The position numbers were made by a program, and so were the translations under genes. From Azolla caroliniana (taxonomy: Eukaryota > Plantae > Polypodiophyta): a stretch of DNA of 64,000 bases. The stretch is taken from contig JBHGNT010000006.1 in the NCBI GenBank assembly GCA_043228905.1, forward strand, positions 5,146,001-5,210,000, in the 5' to 3' direction. Positions 56,865 through 64,000 of this stretch are shown here, piece by piece. The notes below the pieces were generated by a model. The model was not told the DNA's origin. It saw only the letters and a list, made by a program, of their open reading frames with translations, and did not search any database. Numbering within the stretch: the stretch's first letter is position 1; every line of letters starts with the position of its first letter.

Positions 56865-59800
56865 ACATTTCTCTTACCTTCTCCATGAAAAAAAAGAAGA
56901 GCAAGAAATAATAGAGTAAAAATAGAACTAATATGAATAATAACAACCATCACCACCACCATTGCAATTCGTACACTTTATGATGAATGATGGTAGTAAT
57001 AAAGAGTAATAATTCAGAATTGCAACCTTGGCCATGGCCCATGAGGTATTACACATGCAACATCTAATGCAATCAACCTAGGTATCTATTTTGCTAACAT
57101 ATAGGCATTTAATATGCATACATTACAACAAGGTTTTATTTTAATGTGGGTATGAGGGTGATAATTTACTAATGAGTTCTTTGTAGCCTTTGGGCATCTT
57201 TCCATTAATACCAACCTGAATATTTATTATAAAAAATAAAATAAAATAAGGCTTTATTTTGATGTGCATCCAATAAATATATAAACATATATTTTGTTTT
57301 AACACTTCAATATGATGTTTTAATGGAGAAAGGATATAATGTCTCTCAAAATACTACCCTTGCCTCTCGGCACATGCCCTTTCATTAACCAAAATGAAGT
57401 TCAACCGTATATTCTGTTTTAGATCTTGATAATGTCTTTTTGGCAGAGAAATGGGAAAATGGTTGCCTGAGTAATTACTAATGTCCTTGCCTCTTAGTCC
57501 ATGCATGCCCTTTCATTAGCCATGATTAGAAAGAGAAGAAAAAGTTTCGGCATTTAAGACAAATGCTCACATTGTTGCATATTGGCACCATCTCATTCCT
57601 TGGATTTCTATCTATAAACTACACAATGCTTCTATAATAGTTATAATGACTAGAGGTCACTAGACATAAGGTAACTATCTTTAACCTAATTACTTTGACA
57701 ATGTTATGAAGTTGTATTCTACTAAAATATACCATTTTCAATACATGAAATGAAATCGTGGATAATCTCTAGTTAAGTTAACGATGAAAATAAAATCTTG
57801 AGAGCCAATGTACTAGTATATGATTGAATCAATAAATTTATTGGTGATAATCAATCTATATAAATGACGTATTTCAAGGCCACCTTAAAATATGTGAATG
57901 CTATCGTTGAAAATGTAGTTTCACGAGACATACACATCAACATCACGAATGTACTAGAACCTCCTTAGATTCAAATATGTGTATTTGACAATGATATGTT
58001 AAACATATAAGTTATACCAAGAGTGTGCACGTGAGCATCATGTCAAAGAAAATCATAACCATATGAACCAAAAATGACAAAAACTTTGTTATAGGGAACT
58101 TTCAGTTTATCAAAACAATGTATCATTTAACAAGATTTTGGTCAAGAAGTAGTCAAGCACCCATTTTAGCAAAGAGAGAACATAAATATTAACGTTGTTG
58201 TTCTATGGATAAGCACAATGGGTAGGGATACGTGGCATAGACCAAAAAGGTTGGACTTGTCTAAGTACAAGAAAACTTAATTTGAAGATCTTTACTTGGT
58301 GAATTCTCATGTTGGTTTTGAATCTACATATTGTTCCATCACAAGTCAAGGTGTCTTGTAAGTTTGCTCCTAATACTATCCATACATCAAAATTGTATCA
58401 ATTTAAAATATATCTAAATTTCATCAATCCATGGCTGAAACTTGAGCATTACAAAGAATAATTATAAAATGCGGGTTTTTTATGAGAATGAGGGACAAAT
58501 TAAGAGATGATTATACACAAAGATGAGTCATGATTATTCATCATCATAAAATGAAAGAAAATGGGTTGGTGAGATTTTCCACTAATTATTATTTTATTAA
58601 ATAAGATTGTATAGCTAATATATCCACACTACAACAACCCATAAAATTCATTTATGCTACCAAGGTAATGTTTGTTTGCATTTGTTTCAAAATGGTATTT
58701 GCTTTACGTGAAAGCATAAAATGGCGACATACTAAAATCTACAAGAGTACAAAAAAACTACAATCGTGCATTTACTAAAGACTCTTCAATACTCGGCCCA
58801 AAGCAGATAACCTGTTTTGGCTTCTCTTTATATATATTTCTTATGAGCATGTGGTCATGCATAGTGATTACAATTCGTACACATTATGTACGTATTCCAT
58901 CGTCATGTTTGTGGATGATTTGTTTTCTAGATAAATAAAACTACATAATAAGCACGCACATATAATGGTTTGCTTGGATAGCAAAATGTCATTGCAATTT
59001 AAAACTAAATCTAAAGTTTAGGGTTTCATAGTTAATTTCCTTAGAAAATGCATTCAGAACTTAAATTTATTATTTTTTTAAGGGTGAAGTTTATGAAGTA
59101 ATTGCATTCACTTATTTACTCATGACGTACAGAAGAAGAAGAAGAACATATCATATTTTATACTGGTTTGAATGGTCAACATTGCGAACACATCCCAGTT
59201 AATGGGTTGTTCAGAATCGAGATATTACCAAAAAGGTTTGCATTAATGAGTGTTATCCACCCTCCTTGTTAGTACTTGCTTCTAATATTACACACCGAAA
59301 GAAATGCTCATGAACCATGATGCCTCTTCACAATACGGAACATTGTCGATAAAATAATCACATTGAGACTATACAATGAAATGATGTGTGTGTGAACAAG
59401 AAACCCAATTGAGAATCTAAAAGTCTTTTGAGAGCTTTAAAGCACTATGTTATCCATGAGACATGTTGTACATTGACATTATTTTTCTCGGGGTTTTCAC
59501 CTAGATTTGAGATTTCCCATAGACAACAAAGCCTTTCTATCATGAAACCAACAGATTTTAGAATGTGCACGTTTAAAAGCATTTGATGACATATCTAAGC
59601 ATAAAAAGTTATGTATCTTCGGATGGATTTGAGGCCTCCCTTAAATGATAAGTAAAAATATCTTGCAAAGAATAGTGGGTTTTATAACTCATGGTTACAC
59701 GATCGAGGCCTTTATCAATGACTTTGCGCAAGTTGGCCCCCAACCAATGTCATGTGCATTGGGATATCGTTAAAAACATGCAATGATAGCCTCTAATACC

Positions 59801-60392
59801 ATCTAGTTCACACAATGAAAGTACAAGCATGCACAAGCACACACAAGCACATATACAAAACAAATATTGTGAGCTCCATGCCCTAGAACATGTCCTTTTT
59901 GTATACTATTAGGCTTATATTTATGGAGATGAGTTTGCAAGCTGGTCATTAACAAGGGGAATTGGCCACATTGAATTTACAGACAAGTCCCACATCTATA
60001 CCATGATAGATATTGATATATGGTAGTGTGTTGGGTTGGGTTGGATTGGATTGAAGTGGTTCTAAGGGACCACAAAAGTACGTAGAAGGAGAGTGAGGCT
60101 TCCAAAAGGCTAAGCTACACTAAATATAATAATCATTTACCGAAATACCCCTAATTGTTCTTTGAACGTCATGGAGAGTACCACGCTACCCTTTCTCTCG
60201 TCTTATACTTTCTTTATCCCACTCACTCATGACCCTCTTTTCCAATTCCCAAAATATCCCTCCCCCCCCTTCTCTATGTGTAAAAATAATTCACTTTTTG
60301 GTTCCGTGGATCATACTTGGACTTGAGGATGATAATAAAGTTTCTCTCTCTATTACTCCATAGACATCTCTTACTTCACTAGATGCCACAAT

Positions 60393-60460
60393 GGAAAGTA
60401 GGGGTTGAACCCATGACCATCCGGTCTCCATTGGGCAACCTTACCAACTGAGCTACATCC
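60393..60460 (-). pseudogene. tRNA-derived SINE head or tRNA pseudogene
   Basis: Minus strand reads GGATGTAGCTCAGTTGGTAAG...GGGTTCAACCCCTACTTTCC. A and B boxes present but no proper anticodon arm. Confidence 0.6.
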
Positions 60461-61064
60461 GTCATAGCTCTCTCTCTCTCTTTGTCTCTGCTCCAAATGG
60501 CCAGTAAAAACTCCAAATTTTCCTACAATCCAAACACTTATCCCTCTCTAAAATAGTTGAAGAGATAGACAGATAGATAAGGAAGTCGATAACGTCTAGA
60601 GATCGAAATACAGAGAGTATGGGAGGTGTGAATTTCCAAAGGCTTGTGATGTTGGGAAACTTTGGTTTTGTATTCATACATACATACATATATATTATAT
60701 ATCTATCTATCTATCTATCTATATAAAATTAACATACATACATATAATTAACATATGTATGTTACATCAACATGTATGTATGTATGTATGTATGTATATA
60801 TATAAGTCAAAATGTGTGTTTGTGTGGATCCATCCATCCTCCTGTGTTTGTCCTTGTTTTTTCTCCATTTGAGATATAGAGAAGAAGAAGGTATCAAACA
60901 ATCAAACACAACCCAACAAAACAAAACAAACATTATCACACACAACACATATACAGAGAGACAGAGAGAGAGAAAGAGAGAGATTTCTCCTCCCCTGCTC
61001 TCCCCCCCCCCCCCCCCCCCAAAAAAAACTTCCCCTCCAATTTCTTCTTCTTCCTCCTCATCTA

Positions 61065-63568
61065 ATGGCGTCCTCTGCTCAATTGCGCCTCATGTCTGAT
61101 CTGAAGTCTATCTGCAACGAACCCCCCGAGGTTTTCAGCACCTCCCCCTCACGCACACATACACACTTTTCTCTTTCCCAGTTTTTTTTTTTGTTGTTAT
61201 GTCTAATTTTGCTGTCTAGGCTTTGTTTTCTTTTCTTCTTTCTGTCTGGTTTTGGCTAGGATTTTGATTTAGGTAATGGTTTTTAGTATTTCCTTTTTAG
61301 GGTTTTGTTTCTGTTGATGATCTGTGGTGTTGTTTTAGGGTTCTATTTCTGTTGATTGTCCCTGCCCTTCAGGGTTTGTTTCTGCTCTTAGGGTTTCTGT
61401 TCCTGTTGATTGTACCTGTATATTTTAGGATATCTGTTTCCTTTGATTCTCTCTGCTATCTAGGATTTCGTTCTGTTGTTTTCGGCGTGTGTTTTGTAGG
61501 GTACTTTCGTTTATTGATTATGCGTGTTTTAGGATCTAATTGATTATGTTTTCAGGGGTTTTGTTTTAGATTTTTTTTGTTGTTTTTCTGTGTTTTATGG
61601 TTTTGCCTCCTTTGAATCTCTTCTTCTCTTGTCAATCTTAATCCCGACTCTTTTTCTGTGTGGTATTCCATCATCGGATCGGATCTGTAGGGATGCAGTG
61701 CTAGTCCTCATGGAGAAGAGAATCTCTTTGTATGGAGTGCTACCATTTTTGGGCCCGATGACACACCCTGGGAAGGTCAGCTCCTTCTCATAATACTTTT
61801 GTCTTTTAAACTGATTATCAGAGTTCTTCATACTCAAAATGCTTTGCACAGATCTCCTACTTATGCCACTGTAATAGATAAAATATCTGGAAATTTTGTA
61901 TCTTTCTAAGCAAGCAACTCTGAAGAACTTTGTGCTACGTTTATTTTGATGTAAAAGTTTTTTTTTTTTCCCATGGGAAGGTGCAAAACGTTTAGTGCTT
62001 CCATTGGATTTCTGAAATTGAGTCCATTTGAATGGTGACCATATCACAACATATTCTATTGTAATTTTTGGTTATAATGGGGTTTAAAAACCAAAGAGCT
62101 TCACATTAAAGCATTTATTCATCACCCTCAGACAACATCCTAGGGATGATGACCCTTTGTAGAAATAGTTTACAAGTATTTCTTTGATTGTGATCCATGT
62201 GTTGCAAAGGTTCAGTGTCATAACCTTTGAATTGTGTGTTCAAGCTGGTTCTGGATTTTTTTGTGCACACAAGGTAGTCAAGGAGAAATTTGCTTGCAAA
62301 TTCTCATGGTGATCATAGATTGATGCCTGGATTGTTTGCTTTATGACTATGTTTTGGAAGGGAGGTGCTCGCATTGTAAGCATCTGGGTCCATGTGTTTC
62401 TTCAGGAAATGTTAGAATGCTTGAGCTTTTGTTCTATGGTTGCTTTTGTCGTTCCACTTGTATCCTAAAACAGAATTTCTAAGACCAAAAAGGTTAAAAG
62501 TCTTGATTCTTCCTCATGTGCTATTGATTAGACTCTCAATAATTATTCCTTGTTTTTTCATTTCATCTGAATTATAGATCAGGTTATGTAGGAATAAAGG
62601 ATAGAATTCCTGATTGCTATTACCATCTTCTTTGAAAGTGATATAATGGTTGGAGTTTGCTCACTCAGGTGGCATCTTCTCATTGCGACTGACCTTTGGT
62701 GAAAACTATCCAGAAAAACCTCCGAGAGTCCGATTTACATCTGAAGTATTCCATCCCAATGGTAAGTAAAAACATTCTACTTGGGTTGTGAAATTAATGT
62801 TCTCTAATTAAAGAAGCCATTATTCTCCTCAGGCATAAAAGATAACATTCTCTACTTAAAAAAGCCATCTTTTTAACTCGTGCAACCTTGTGCTTATTTG
62901 ACTGATATGAGGATGAACTACTTTTTCTTGCAGTATATACGGATGGTACTTTATGTATGGACATTATTCAGGATGCTTGGTCTCCATGCCATAATGTGTC
63001 AACAATTCTTACTTCTATTCAGGTAACCTCTTTGATTTTCAAGAAATGCCAGTGGGAAATGTTTTTCCATGTTTCAAATCTATTTTAAATATGCTGCCTT
63101 TTGGTTTTTGGTGAAACAGTCCCTTTTAACTGATCCCAATCCGGCAAGTCCTGCTAATCCAGGAGCAGCCCATTTGTATCAAAATGATATTAAAATGTAT
63201 AACAGGTAAATTAAGAATCTAGCTTTCTGTAGATATTGTTACTCATATGAATATCATACATGATATTGCAAAGCCAAAATTGTTCTGTGAATCCTAGCAT
63301 TTCTTTATACATCTTCAGACAGATGCATCATACATGTCATCCATTACTTCATAATCATCTATTACTTCATAAGCATTGAAGGATAGATACTTCATAGATA
63401 TATACGTAATTGGTAATGTATGTGTATGCATGTAGATATAAGCACAAGCATACAATCTCATATATACATACATGTAGATATAAGCACAAACATTATTGTC
63501 TTATTGTGGTGTGTGTTCTCCTACACAGGAAAGTAAGGCAATGTGTACGCAAGTCAGTGGAGCAGTAA
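61065..63568 (+). CDS. Ubiquitin-conjugating enzyme E2, RAD6/UBC1-2-like, 152 aa, six exons: 61065-61130, 61691-61775, 62669-62761, 62934-63022, 63120-63205, 63529-63568
   Basis: All introns are GT-AG. The spliced CDS is 459 nt and reads [14 protein letters not shown]...[12 protein letters not shown]...[10 protein letters not shown]...[22 protein letters not shown]...[12 protein letters not shown]...VRKSVEQ*. HPN motif and catalytic Cys are intact. Confidence 0.95.
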
Positions 63569-64000
63569 TACATATTCTTATTCTTATTGAATATGTTTGT
63601 CCAGAGGGTCTGCTGATCTAATTTCATAGCTCTTTGTTATTGCATTTCAATTGTACAGTTCATAATTGTAGCTTGCCCCAGACTCAACAAAATTAATGGT
63701 ACCCTTAGTGATCCATCAATCTGGATTAATTTCTATAGACTGAATCCATAAAAAGTAATGCTTGTACATGTCATGTCAATCAAGATTGAAAATATTGAAT
63801 GTATACATTCAGAAGATGACTATCCTAACATCTTATGTATGTGTGCCAATCGATTCCATGTTACTTCCTATTTTATATATGATTACCAGTGCTCTTCATG
63901 CTTGCTTTTGTTCATCTGTAGGGATTGTGAATGTTGAAAGTGAGTGCTAACATTCCCTTGACAGTATGTCATCTTTTATGTAATCAGACATTTTTGTATG

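Noticed and set aside
60393-60460. Functional tRNA gene (also considered for 35946-36015)
   Set aside because: A and B boxes are present but the D, anticodon and acceptor stems do not form a canonical cloverleaf.

Overview
Plant nuclear DNA, probably from a non-seed plant such as a fern (inference). About 48 kb is a deeply nested pile of Ty3/gypsy LTR retrotransposons. Most belong to one GC/CpG-rich family with TGTCG...CGACA termini, a tRNA-Trp primer-binding site, a Gag-protease ORF joined to RT-RNaseH-integrase by a -1 frameshift, and 4-bp target-site duplications. Nesting order is LTR X > B > C > D > E > F, with element A and solo LTR G also inserted, and the pile apparently sits inside a decayed chromovirus. 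The AT-rich right end holds a PPR remnant, a solo LTR, a LINE 3' fragment, a small tRNA-Ala-primed LTR element, a tRNA-derived SINE-like head and an intact six-exon RAD6-type E2 gene. The main observations are: (1) nearly every readable target site of the family is N-CG-N, which suggests CpG-directed integration; (2) a conserved, covarying pseudoknot follows a GGAUUUU slippery site; (3) Pol-less satellite elements encode a Gag fused to a ~1,200-aa repetitive acidic tail with an FFAT-like motif; (4) two LTR types carry an antisense tRNA-type Pol III promoter. All counts were done by eye and no database searches were run.
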